Below, in pieces: positions 1 through 9,532 of a stretch of DNA of 64,000 bases. The notes beneath the pieces were generated by a model. That model did no database searches. It worked only from the letters and a program-made list of their open reading frames with translations, and was not told the origin of the DNA. Origin of the DNA: Candidatus Omnitrophota bacterium (lineage in GTDB: Bacteria; Omnitrophota; Gorgyraeia; Zapsychrales; Fredricksoniimonadaceae); the NCBI GenBank assembly GCA_903860135.1, contig CAIOPG010000006.1, forward strand, positions 100,275-164,274. The letters are read 5' to 3'. Both the position numbers and the translations under genes were made by a program. Position 1 is the stretch's first letter, and every line of letters begins with the position of its first letter.

Positions 1-887
1 GGATCGTTTCCCGTACGGGTATCAAGGAACGCCGTATTGCTGCTTCGGGTGAACGCACGAGCGATCTGGCTGTTGCCGCGGCGCGTGATGCCTTAAAAAA
101 TTCCCCTGTAAAAGCAGAAGATATTGAAGCTATTTTTGTGGCTACGGTTACACCTGATAGTGCTTTTCCTTCTGTCGCCTGCCTTGTTCAAAAGGAGATC
201 GGTGCCCGCAAGGCTTTTGCTTACGATATCAGTGCCGCTTGTTCGGGGTTCCTGTTCGCCCTCACCACGGCCCGGCAATTCATCGCTACCGGGGCAGTGA
301 AGAATGCGCTTGTTATTGCCGCGGATCGGTTCACCTCGATCATCGACTGGAAAGACCGCAATACCTGTGTCCTTTTTGGTGATGGCGCCGGGGCGGCCGT
401 TCTTACCCATGTTCCTTCCGGCGGTATTCTTTCCGATTATATGATCTCCAACGGGGATGGGGCCCCGCTCATGGGGGTTGTTCCCGGAGGCGCGCGCACG
501 CCCGATGACAACACGTTGGATACGGCGTTGTTGCCTTATGTGACGATGAATGGGCAAGAACTGTTCAAGCATGCGGTGCCGGGGATGGCAGAAGCGGTAA
601 GCATTGCGGCGGCTAAAGCCGGTTTGACGGTTAATGATATTGCCTGTGTTGTACCGCACCAGGCCAATGACCGCATCATCGCCAGTGTGGCCAAGAGGGC
701 CGGCATTCCCAAAGAACGTTTCTTTATCAATATAGATAAATACGGCAATATTTCTGCGGCATCCGTCGTCGTTGCGCTGGGGGAAGCTGTTGAAACGGGT
801 CGTATCAAAAAAGGTGACAAGATCGCGCTCACGGTTTTTGGGGCAGGGCTGGTGACGGCGGCAACCATCATGGAGTGGTCTTACTGA
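1..887 (+). CDS. fabH: Beta-ketoacyl-ACP synthase III, 5' end outside the window
   Basis: The frame is open from the window edge (IVSRTGIKERR). It carries AACSGF (catalytic Cys), DRNTCVLFGDGAGA, PHQAN and YGNISAAS. Confidence 0.96.
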   Translation, partial: IVSRTGIKERRIAASGERTSDLAVAAARDALKNSPVKAEDIEAIFVATVTPDSAFPSVACLVQKEIGARKAFAYDISAACSGFLFALTTARQFIATGAVKNALVIAADRFTSIIDWKDRNTCVLFGDGAGAAVLTHVPSGGILSDYMISNGDGAPLMGVVPGGARTPDDNTLDTALLPYVTMNGQELFKHAVPGMAEAVSIAAAKAGLTVNDIACVVPHQANDRIIASVAKRAGIPKERFFINIDKYGNISAASVVVALGEAVETGRIKKGDKIALTVFGAGLVTAATIMEWSY

Positions 888-888
888 T

Positions 889-1812
889 ATGAAAAGGATT
901 GCTTTAATATTTCCTGGTCAGGGAGCGCAAAAGATCGGCATGGGCAAAGAACTTTATGACCAGAGCCCTGCGGCCAGGGCTGTCTTTGACCAGGCCAATG
1001 CGATCCTCGGCGAAGATCTGGCGCGGGTCATCTTTGAAGGTCCTGAAGATAAATTAATGTCAACCGCTTATTGCCAGCCGGCGATATTTACGGTGAGCAT
1101 GGCGGCTTTGGCGGCGTTCCGTGCCAGTGAGAAGTCTTCGGCTGTAGCTGTGGCGTATACAGCGGGGTTGAGCCTCGGGGAATACGGAGCTATGTGCGCG
1201 GCGGGTGTGCTTTCGTTTAAAGATTCATTGGAATTAATCCGTAAACGCGGGGCTTACATGGAAGAAGCCGCCAAAGCTCATCCAGGTAAAATGGCTGCGG
1301 TCATTGGTTTTGATAAAGATAAACTCGTCGCTATCTGCGCTCAGGCGGGGTGTGAAGTCGCCAATTTCAATGCGCCTGATCAGATCGTTATCACGGGAGC
1401 AGGGGCCGCGGTCGACGAGGCGTGCCGGTTGATCACCGAAGCGGGCGGGAAAAAAGTGATCCCGTTGGATGTCAGTGGGGCATTCCATTCGTCGCTCATG
1501 CGTGTGGCGGCTGATAAATTTGCTGGAGAGCTGGTTTGTGCTCCCTTGCAGATGACTGATACCAAGGTTATAAGTAATGTGACAGCAAAACCACAGCTTT
1601 CTTCCGAAGAAGTTCGTAGTAATCTTTCTAGGCAGATTTATTCGCCGGTGCAATGGGTGGACAGCGTCAGGTTTATTGCCACGCAGGGGATTATGGATAT
1701 CATCGAGATCGGCCCGGGACGGGTACTCAAGGGGTTGATCCGCAAGATCGACACGTCGATCAATGTTCAGAATATTCAGTCTTTTACAGATATCGCCACC
1801 CTGTCTTTTTAA
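889..1812 (+). CDS. fabD: Malonyl-CoA:ACP transacylase
   Basis: FPGQGAQ, GLSLGEY (catalytic Ser), SGAFHS and EIGPG motifs; directly follows fabH. Confidence 0.96.
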   Translation: MKRIALIFPGQGAQKIGMGKELYDQSPAARAVFDQANAILGEDLARVIFEGPEDKLMSTAYCQPAIFTVSMAALAAFRASEKSSAVAVAYTAGLSLGEYGAMCAAGVLSFKDSLELIRKRGAYMEEAAKAHPGKMAAVIGFDKDKLVAICAQAGCEVANFNAPDQIVITGAGAAVDEACRLITEAGGKKVIPLDVSGAFHSSLMRVAADKFAGELVCAPLQMTDTKVISNVTAKPQLSSEEVRSNLSRQIYSPVQWVDSVRFIATQGIMDIIEIGPGRVLKGLIRKIDTSINVQNIQSFTDIATLSF

Positions 1813-1967
1813 CGCGCATTCTTTAATAAAAAGAGCTAGTACGGTCAGATCACGTCTTTCCTTTATTAATAACTTTTCTGAAATTCTTTTTAAATTGCTA
1901 CTTTTTGATTTTAATTGTCATAAGATAATACCATTACTTCTTAATTAAGTTAAAAGGAGGGGCTAGT

Positions 1968-3269
1968 ATGTCAAAAGCGGTTTGGATCGTTTTGTTGGGG
2001 CTGGTAGCCGTTGGTGTGATGTGCGGAAAAAGTTTTGCGGGTGGTTCGGGGGCTTACCGTGTTGAAGTGCCCGATGCGGCTGCTTTGTCTTTGGGAGGTG
2101 CTGTTGTGGGGCAGGCTGATACGCCAGTTGCAGTATTTTATAATCCGGCAGGGATGACCCAAATAAAGTCACCTGAGGTTTCGACCAATCTTTCGATGAT
2201 CCGTCCCATCGGTGTGGCTCAGCCTTCTGTCAGGGAAAAGACAAAGATGCAGCAGGAGAATTTCTTTATCCCGGGATTATTTTTTGTAACACCCGTCGCT
2301 GAAAAGATGTCGTTGGGTATCGGCGTTACTTCCAACTGGGGGCTTTCCACGGACTGGGCGCAGGACTCTTTTGCACGTTATGTTTCCACCCGTTCTTCTC
2401 TGAAAAACGAGGATTACATTTTGAGTGGAGCTTATCAATTAACGGAAAAGTTTTCGCTGGGGCTGGGCGTTACTGTTGATGCTTCGAGCATCGAGAAAGA
2501 GAAAAAGATCACCCAGGCGGGCATTATCCCGGATGCTAATTTTAAGCTTCAGGGAGACAATACGGCTGCCGGGTTTCAGGTTTCAGGGTTGTATAAAGTA
2601 AGTGACAGGCATCAGTTCGGTGTGCAGTACAGCAGTGATATCCGCCGCAAATACCATGGCAAGGTTCATCTGGATGGGTTTAACAATGATGTTTTGACTG
2701 GTGTATATAAATTCGATCCTAATTTCACTGGTTCGTCGTACGAAACGGATGTTGTTTCCAAGGCCACACTACCTCAGAGCGTGGATATCGGCTATTGCTA
2801 TCGTCCAACAGATAAACTGACGTTGAACGCGGACATCCTGTGGATGGACTGGGCTTCTATCAAGAAAGAGGAACTGGCCTATCCCAATGAGACCAATGCC
2901 AGTCGCCTGGCGTTTCTGAATTTGGGAAATCCGGCTAACCGCGACTGGAAGAGCGCTGTTTCGCTTGGCCTGGGCGCAGAATATAAGCTGGTGGAACGCC
3001 TGCGTTTGAGAGGTGGGTATTACTTCCATCAAAGCCCTATCCCGCAGGATACATGGGAGCCGACGATCCCGGATGCCGATTCGCATTCAATCGCGGCGGG
3101 GTTTGGGTATGACATCACCAAGGCGATGACGCTGGATTTTACTTACAGTGCCATGTTTTATGACACGCGTACGATCAATAATCAGGTGGGCGATGCTGTT
3201 GGTCCAATAGACGGGAAATACCAACAATGGACCAATATCCTTGCGGCAACGGTGACGTACAGGTTTTGA
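1968..3269 (+). CDS. FadL/OmpP1/TodX family outer-membrane hydrophobic-compound channel
   Basis: Signal peptide, N-terminal FYNPAGM hatch motif, IPDAD near the C-terminus, terminal YRF barrel signal; RBS AAGGAGG. Confidence 0.88.
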   Translation: MSKAVWIVLLGLVAVGVMCGKSFAGGSGAYRVEVPDAAALSLGGAVVGQADTPVAVFYNPAGMTQIKSPEVSTNLSMIRPIGVAQPSVREKTKMQQENFFIPGLFFVTPVAEKMSLGIGVTSNWGLSTDWAQDSFARYVSTRSSLKNEDYILSGAYQLTEKFSLGLGVTVDASSIEKEKKITQAGIIPDANFKLQGDNTAAGFQVSGLYKVSDRHQFGVQYSSDIRRKYHGKVHLDGFNNDVLTGVYKFDPNFTGSSYETDVVSKATLPQSVDIGYCYRPTDKLTLNADILWMDWASIKKEELAYPNETNASRLAFLNLGNPANRDWKSAVSLGLGAEYKLVERLRLRGGYYFHQSPIPQDTWEPTIPDADSHSIAAGFGYDITKAMTLDFTYSAMFYDTRTINNQVGDAVGPIDGKYQQWTNILAATVTYRF

Positions 3270-3406
3270 CCGGTAAAGGGTGTCGTGATATCAATACATC
3301 ATGTTTGAAAAGTATTGATTGTTTATGAATGACTTGCTGTGACTTCTTAGTAATAATGGATACGACCGATGGTGGCGTATGGGAGGAATCCCGGGAAAGG
3401 CACAGG

Positions 3407-4675
3407 ATGAAAGATGAACAGAAAGAGCGACGCAGGGTCGTTGTTACGGGTATTGGTGCAGTGAGCCCCAATGGAATTGGCTGGGATTGTTTTGTGTCTG
3501 CATTGAAGGCAGGGAAAAAAGCGATCCGTCCCATATCTCTTTTTTCTCCTGAAGGTTTGCCGTCGAGGATTGCTGGCGAGGTTGTTGATTTTGATCCTGT
3601 TGTATATATTCAGAAAAAAGATGTGATGAAAATGGGGCGGGGGGCTCAGCTGGGGATCGCGGCGGCCATGCTGGCTCTTGAGCATCGTGGTGTTCCCTTT
3701 GACGAAGAGGAAAAGGCATCTTGCCCCGTTATTATAGGAACCTCTGTCGGGGGGCTTGACTTTGCCGAAAAAGAGTTCCGGCATTTTTTTGATCATGGGG
3801 TGTCCAAAGTAAGCCCCTATTCGGGCATCGCGGTTTTTTGTGGTTTAGTTTCCGGTGAGATCTCACGCAGGTTGGGGCTACACGGACGAAGCGTTTCCAT
3901 TTCCAATGGATGTACCAGTTCGACAGATGCCTTGGAACAGGCCTACGCGAGTATCTTATCCGGAGATTCCGATATCGCGATCAGCGGAGGGGCGGATTGT
4001 TGCGTTTCTCCCGGGATTATTGCGGCTTTCTCGAGGATGGGGGTCATATCCACGGGTTATAATGATCGTCCTTCTGAAGGAAGCCGTCCTTTTGACAGGG
4101 ATCGGGATGGTTTTGTGATCGCTGAGGGGTCATGGGTATTTGTTTTGGAAGAGTATGCGAAGGCTAAGGCCCGGAATGCGGAGATTTATGCCGAGTTGAA
4201 AGGGTTCGGTGTCACCTGCGATGCGTATCATCCCACAACGCCGGATCCTGCGGGGACGTACATATGCTTGTCTTTACAGAAGGCGATTAAAGCGGCAGGG
4301 CTTTTGCCCGACGACATCGACTACTTTGCCGCTTATGGCAACGGGACAAGGATCAATGATGTTTATGAAACAAAAGTGATCAAGGAAGTTTTTGGTCGAC
4401 ATGCGTATAGCCTTCCTGTTTCTTCAATCAAATCCATGATCGGGCACTCGATCGGCTCTTCCGGTGCGGCTCAGGTTGCCACGGCCATTGCGGCCATCAC
4501 GCATGGGTTTCTTCCGCCGACCGTAGGCCTTGAGAATCCAGATGATGCTTGTGATCTTGACTATGTGCCACACAAGAGTCGTCCGGCCATATTACGGCAT
4601 GCCCTGTGCAATACCCTTTCTTTTGGCGGGAAGAATGCCGCTGTTGTTATTTCAAAGTTGCAGGATGATGATTGA
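3407..4675 (+). CDS. FabF/type II PKS KS-alpha-like ketosynthase with an atypical active site
   Basis: RRVVVTGIG, SNGCTSS (Cys), SRPFDRDRDGFV, KSMIGHS and SFGGKN motifs. The usual NAHGT motif reads AAYGNGT. Start placed at the ATG at 3407. Confidence 0.88.
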   Translation: MKDEQKERRRVVVTGIGAVSPNGIGWDCFVSALKAGKKAIRPISLFSPEGLPSRIAGEVVDFDPVVYIQKKDVMKMGRGAQLGIAAAMLALEHRGVPFDEEEKASCPVIIGTSVGGLDFAEKEFRHFFDHGVSKVSPYSGIAVFCGLVSGEISRRLGLHGRSVSISNGCTSSTDALEQAYASILSGDSDIAISGGADCCVSPGIIAAFSRMGVISTGYNDRPSEGSRPFDRDRDGFVIAEGSWVFVLEEYAKAKARNAEIYAELKGFGVTCDAYHPTTPDPAGTYICLSLQKAIKAAGLLPDDIDYFAAYGNGTRINDVYETKVIKEVFGRHAYSLPVSSIKSMIGHSIGSSGAAQVATAIAAITHGFLPPTVGLENPDDACDLDYVPHKSRPAILRHALCNTLSFGGKNAAVVISKLQDDD

Positions 4676-4719
4676 AATAATGGCAGCCATAGGAAATTGA
4701 ACAAAGGCGTGGGAAGATT

Positions 4720-6903
4720 ATGGAGAACAAGCTTAGTTTTCTCGTCTATGGTGGTCTTCTTTCATGGGCTGTTAATCTTCTTATTGGATTCTTTGTCTTA
4801 GTCAAGAATCCTGACCGTAAAATAAACCGGTCTTTTTTTTGCCTCAATATTTGTATCGGCTCGTGGAGCCTTGGTTCTTTCCTTCTTAATTTCTATCCTC
4901 ATGAAAGTATTGGGTTATTGTTGCTGAAAATAAGCTATGTTTTTGCTTTTTTTCTTTTTTATTTCTTCCTGCGATTTACTCATGATGCTGTCGAACAAAA
5001 AATCCCTCCGCGGTGGCTGTGGTTTTCCATTGTGTCTGTAGCCGGGCTCCTCTTGTCATTGCCGGGCAATTCTTTTATTTCCGGGGTAAGGCAGTTGTCC
5101 GACGGGATGACCATAGAGCGTCCGGGGTTAGTCTATTATTTCTTTATTTCCGGTTTTGCTCTTATTGGTTTAAAAGGTTTGAAGCTTCTGCTTGTTCGGA
5201 AAGGGCAATTGCGGGGTACCGCCCTTTTTCAGATCAACTATATTTTCTTTGCGTACACCGTAGCCCTAGCTGCTGGCGTTGATTACTTCTTGTCGATACT
5301 GGGCATTGTAAAGACGTATCCGTATGATGATTATGTTCTTTTCTTTTCTTTTTCCATGTTGGCTTATGCGATCGTTAAATACCGCCTCATGGATATTCGG
5401 CTTGCTTTTACCCGTGCCGGGATATTTCTCACTGTTTATACGCTTGTCCTGGGAATACCCGTATGGGTCGGGTGGGGGATCATGGGGCAGGGGCTCTGGC
5501 TTTTTCCGGTTACGCTCATGGCTGTTCTTGCCACGGGTGGACCTTTCTTATATTTATGGATCCAGCGTCGCGCTGAAGCTTCTCTCCTTGCGGAACAACG
5601 TAAATATCAAACAACGTTGCGTCAGGCCTCGGCCGGCATGGGACGTATCCGCGACTTAAAGAAGTTGTTGAACCTTATTGTTTTTATCCTGACGCGCGTT
5701 GTGCGCATTGAACATGTCATGATCTATTTCATAGACCGTGATACCGGCGACTTTCATCTTGCGGCAGCGCGCAGGCACCGGACAGAAGAACCAGCCATTG
5801 CGCGCATAGAGTCCGGGTATCCACTTGTGAAATATTTATCAGCTATTTCATTACCGCTTGTCCGCGACGATGTTTCTTTAAGATCCCGTCAGGAAAAGGA
5901 CGCCGGTCTTGCTGCTATTGATCAGAATATGGGCGAACTCAGGGCAGAAATTGCTTTCCCGGTTTTTATACGGACGCACATGACGGCCATTGTCATCATG
6001 GGGAAAAAATCAAATGGACGTCATTATACCGAGGATGACCTTAATGTTTTCTCGATCCTTGCCAATCAGGCATCGCTGGCTGTTGAAAATGCTTTATCGT
6101 ATGAAGACATGAAAAAGACACAGGAACAACTTTTTAAAGCCGAAAAAATGGCGACCATTGGCACTATGGCTGACGGCCTTTCGCATCAGATCAATAATCG
6201 GTTGCATGCCATGGGTTTTGTCGCCAGCGACATGCTCGACACACTCAAGTTACGCAAGGCATTTTTTGCTACGGAAGAACTCAGACCTTTGGCCGAGGAG
6301 TTCGAGCATTCATTATCGCGTATCCAGGATAATGTGACGCGCGGCGGCGAGATCGTTCAGGGGCTCATGCGCTATACCCGTCAAGGGGAAGAAGGCTTTG
6401 CCGCTTACAGCATTGACGCGATTATCCGGAGTGCTTACGAAATGGCGCAGTTCAAGATCCGTTCTTTGGAATTCAGGTTGCTCAAGGCGTTTAATCCCGA
6501 GACTATCCCGCGTGTGCGCGGCAATTTCACTCAATTGCAGGAAGTGTTTTTTAATTTGATCGATAATGCCTACGATGCGACTGTCCAGCGCAAGGCCGAT
6601 TTGCGGGAAACAGATTATGCGGGTGCCTTGACTATCTCTGCCCATGAGGTCAATGGCCTTCTGGAGATCGTTTTCAGTGATAATGGCATCGGGGTCAAGT
6701 CTTCGGATAGGGATAAGCTTTTCACGCCGTTCTTTACGACCAAGGCGACGACCAAAAAAGGTACTGGACTTGGTTTGTATGTTATACGGAAGATCATTGA
6801 GGATAATCATGGTGGGAAGGTTGATATGCATTCAGTCTATGGCCAAGGGACCGAAATGACCATTTCTTTGGCGACAAGTAAGGATACACCGCCAGTTACC
6901 TGA
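4720..6903 (+). CDS. Membrane sensor histidine kinase (N-terminal HisKA_7TM-like domain, GAF, HisKA, HATPase)
   Basis: Many TM segments with the YAIVKYRLMDI signature, GAF end ILANQASLAVENA, H-box LSHQINN, N-box NLIDNA, DNGIG and GTGLGL. Confidence 0.92.
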   Translation: MENKLSFLVYGGLLSWAVNLLIGFFVLVKNPDRKINRSFFCLNICIGSWSLGSFLLNFYPHESIGLLLLKISYVFAFFLFYFFLRFTHDAVEQKIPPRWLWFSIVSVAGLLLSLPGNSFISGVRQLSDGMTIERPGLVYYFFISGFALIGLKGLKLLLVRKGQLRGTALFQINYIFFAYTVALAAGVDYFLSILGIVKTYPYDDYVLFFSFSMLAYAIVKYRLMDIRLAFTRAGIFLTVYTLVLGIPVWVGWGIMGQGLWLFPVTLMAVLATGGPFLYLWIQRRAEASLLAEQRKYQTTLRQASAGMGRIRDLKKLLNLIVFILTRVVRIEHVMIYFIDRDTGDFHLAAARRHRTEEPAIARIESGYPLVKYLSAISLPLVRDDVSLRSRQEKDAGLAAIDQNMGELRAEIAFPVFIRTHMTAIVIMGKKSNGRHYTEDDLNVFSILANQASLAVENALSYEDMKKTQEQLFKAEKMATIGTMADGLSHQINNRLHAMGFVASDMLDTLKLRKAFFATEELRPLAEEFEHSLSRIQDNVTRGGEIVQGLMRYTRQGEEGFAAYSIDAIIRSAYEMAQFKIRSLEFRLLKAFNPETIPRVRGNFTQLQEVFFNLIDNAYDATVQRKADLRETDYAGALTISAHEVNGLLEIVFSDNGIGVKSSDRDKLFTPFFTTKATTKKGTGLGLYVIRKIIEDNHGGKVDMHSVYGQGTEMTISLATSKDTPPVT

Positions 6904-6944
6904 GTTAATTTTAACAAAGATGCTTGAAAATAAACGATTTGTAT

Positions 6945-6950
6945 TATAAT
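6945..6950 (+). promoter_or_regulatory. Putative sigma70 -10 box (TATAAT) 6 nt before the response regulator ATG
   Basis: Perfect TATAAT, with TTGAAA at 6924-6929 (15-nt spacer, short). No SD sequence before the ATG at 6957. Confidence 0.45.
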
Positions 6951-6956
6951 AAGCCT

Positions 6957-7322
6957 ATGTCGAAATTATTGATTGTTGATGATGAACTTGATGTACGGGA
7001 ATTCGCGCGGCATTTTTTTCGCAAGCGTGGCATTGATGTTTCTGTGGCTTCAACAGGCGCTGAAGCGTTGCTTGCCGTAGAGGCGGTATGCCCAGACTTG
7101 ATTCTCCTGGATATTCGCATGGAGGATATGTCAGGCGTTGATGTCTTGAAAGAATTACGCCGCCGCAATAATGTTGTCAAGGTTGTGATGGTTTCAGGCG
7201 TTGAAGATGAGCGGGTCATCCAAGAAACGGTTGCGCTGGGCGCATTAGGGTTCATTCACAAACCGCTTATCCTTGAGGAGTTGGAAAAGGTTGTTCTACG
7301 CGAATTCTCTTTTCAATCATGA
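6957..7322 (+). CDS. Single-domain response regulator (receiver)
   Basis: LLIVDDE, LLDIRM (phospho-Asp), VMVSG and FIHKP. Confidence 0.92.
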   Translation: MSKLLIVDDELDVREFARHFFRKRGIDVSVASTGAEALLAVEAVCPDLILLDIRMEDMSGVDVLKELRRRNNVVKVVMVSGVEDERVIQETVALGALGFIHKPLILEELEKVVLREFSFQS

Positions 7323-8503
7323 CAATCAAAATTGATTACAAGAAAGAACTCGAGACCGCCAGCAAAGGCATGATCATGATCCATGATCATGTCTTTTTGA
7401 TCAAGTTGCTGGTGCGCATGATCGTCCGCAAAGCCAAGTTGCGTCATGCCGGGATGATCCTGTTTGAGCCAGCTCTTGAATCCTATGTGTTGGCTGTTTC
7501 CCGTGGTGAAGCAGGATCCCGCATCCCTGAACGCTTCTTGCGTTTCGAAAAAACACATCCGATCATCCGTATTTTCCATCAGAAGGAATACAAATATCTC
7601 ATCGACACCCGCAATGCGCTTGTTTTTGATGATATTGACCGCATGATCTGGCATGAATCTGTCCTGGGTTCGGCCAATGGTTCGCGTGAGATCCTGCGCG
7701 ACATCAGCGAGCAGATGCCCATGCTTAATAGTGTGGCCTGTGTGCCAGCTTTTTATCGTCATCAGCTATTGGCGGTGCTTCTCCTCGGTGCCAAACACGA
7801 TGGTTCTCGCCTTGAACAGGACGAACTGGATTTCTTTTCTGCGTTGGCCTCTGATGTGGCGATGGCCATACGCAATGCCCAGCTCTTTGAAGTCCTTCAG
7901 CAGGAAGTGGCCCATAGCCGGAATCTTTTTATTCAGGCAACGATCGCCTTCGGGTCGTTCATTGAGGCCAAAGATTCCTACACCCACGGGCATACCGAGC
8001 GCGTTACAAAATACGCCCAAAAGATCGCCCGCCGGATGGCTGCCAATGGCACACTGAATGTGACTGAAAAGTTTTTTGAGAATTTGCACATTGCCAGCCT
8101 TTTGCATGATATTGGTAAGATCGGCATACCGGAGTCTATCCTTGCCAAGAAAGAGAATTTAACGCCCGATGAATATTCGGTGATGAAAACGCATGCTGTC
8201 CGCGGTGCCGATATCCTTGCCGCACTGCCCGATTTTAAAGGATGCCTGGAGGGGGTGCGACATCATCATGAACGCTTTGATGGCTCGGGGTATCCGGATG
8301 CCCTCAAAGGCGATGATATTCCCATGATATCGGCGATCATTGCCGTGGCGGATACTTTTGACGCCATGACGACGAATCGGCCATACCGTGCCGCGCTTAC
8401 GCGGGAATATGCGATAGAGGAGATTGAACGTTATTCCGGTGTGTGGTATCATCCTGCACCGGTTGAAGCGATCATGGAATTATTCGAAGAAGGAGATATT
8501 TAG
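7319..8503 (+). CDS. GAF plus HD-GYP protein (probable c-di-GMP phosphodiesterase)
   Basis: YTHGHTERV, LHDIGK, HHERFDGSGYP, AVADTFDAM and RPYR motifs. Confidence 0.92.
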   Translation: MTIKIDYKKELETASKGMIMIHDHVFLIKLLVRMIVRKAKLRHAGMILFEPALESYVLAVSRGEAGSRIPERFLRFEKTHPIIRIFHQKEYKYLIDTRNALVFDDIDRMIWHESVLGSANGSREILRDISEQMPMLNSVACVPAFYRHQLLAVLLLGAKHDGSRLEQDELDFFSALASDVAMAIRNAQLFEVLQQEVAHSRNLFIQATIAFGSFIEAKDSYTHGHTERVTKYAQKIARRMAANGTLNVTEKFFENLHIASLLHDIGKIGIPESILAKKENLTPDEYSVMKTHAVRGADILAALPDFKGCLEGVRHHHERFDGSGYPDALKGDDIPMISAIIAVADTFDAMTTNRPYRAALTREYAIEEIERYSGVWYHPAPVEAIMELFEEGDI

Positions 8504-8514
8504 GAGGAATATTT

Positions 8515-9510
8515 ATGTTATTTGACGGGATTGCTGTTATTGGTGAGAAAGTGAAGAAAGAAAGTGCTTTCATTGAAGCTGTTATGCTCGAAATGCAAAA
8601 AGTTCTTGTCGGCCAGCGGTATTTGGTCGAACGATTGATGGTCGGGATTCTTGCCAATGGGCATATTTTGATCGAAGGGGTTCCTGGGCTTGCCAAAACG
8701 ACCGCTGTCAAGGCTTTAGCGGATACCATTCATGCCCGTTTTCAGCGCATCCAATTCACTCCGGATATGTTGCCGGCGGATTTGATAGGGACATTGATCT
8801 ATGACCAGCGAACCGGCGGATTTTCCGTCAAACGGGGACCGGTTTTTGCGAATATTATCCTTGCCGATGAGATCAATCGTGCCCCTGCCAAAGTTCAAAG
8901 CGCCCTGCTTGAGGCGATGCAGGAACGACAGGTGACCATTGGCGAAGAAACCATGAAGCTTGACGAGCCTTTTCTGGTTCTTGCCACACAGAATCCGATC
9001 GAACAGGAGGGGACCTATCCGTTGCCCGAAGCGCAGGTCGATCGTTTCATGCTCAAGGTTAAGGTGACCTATCCCAATAAGGCAGAGGAATTGCTGATCC
9101 TCAGACGTATGGGCAATACCGGCCGGCGGATCGATCTTAACCGGATCGTTTCTTTGGACGACATCTTACGTGCGCGCAAGGTGGTTGACGAAGTTTATAT
9201 GGATGAAAAGATCGAGCATTATATCGTAGATCTCATTGAGGCCACACGGTCGCCGGAAAAGTATGCGCTGGCTGATTTAAAGCCGCTTATTTTATATGGT
9301 GCCAGTCCGCGCGCGACCATTAATCTCGCCATTGCGTCCCGGGCCTATGCGTTCCTTCAAGGGCGTGGTTATGTGACGCCGCAGGATGTGAAGACCATTG
9401 GTATGGATGTGCTTCGGCATCGCGTGGCTCCCAGTTATGAAGCCGAGGCTGAGAACCTTTCCTCCGAGAATATTGTGGCGCGTATTTTTGAACAGGTTCA
9501 AGTCCCGTAA
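8515..9510 (+). CDS. moxR: MoxR family AAA+ ATPase
   Basis: GVPGLAKT, RIQFTPD, DEINRA and ATQNPIEQEGTYPLPEAQVDRF. Confidence 0.95.
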   Translation: MLFDGIAVIGEKVKKESAFIEAVMLEMQKVLVGQRYLVERLMVGILANGHILIEGVPGLAKTTAVKALADTIHARFQRIQFTPDMLPADLIGTLIYDQRTGGFSVKRGPVFANIILADEINRAPAKVQSALLEAMQERQVTIGEETMKLDEPFLVLATQNPIEQEGTYPLPEAQVDRFMLKVKVTYPNKAEELLILRRMGNTGRRIDLNRIVSLDDILRARKVVDEVYMDEKIEHYIVDLIEATRSPEKYALADLKPLILYGASPRATINLAIASRAYAFLQGRGYVTPQDVKTIGMDVLRHRVAPSYEAEAENLSSENIVARIFEQVQVP

Positions 9511-9532
9511 GCGTTATCTGGCAGGTTCCGTT

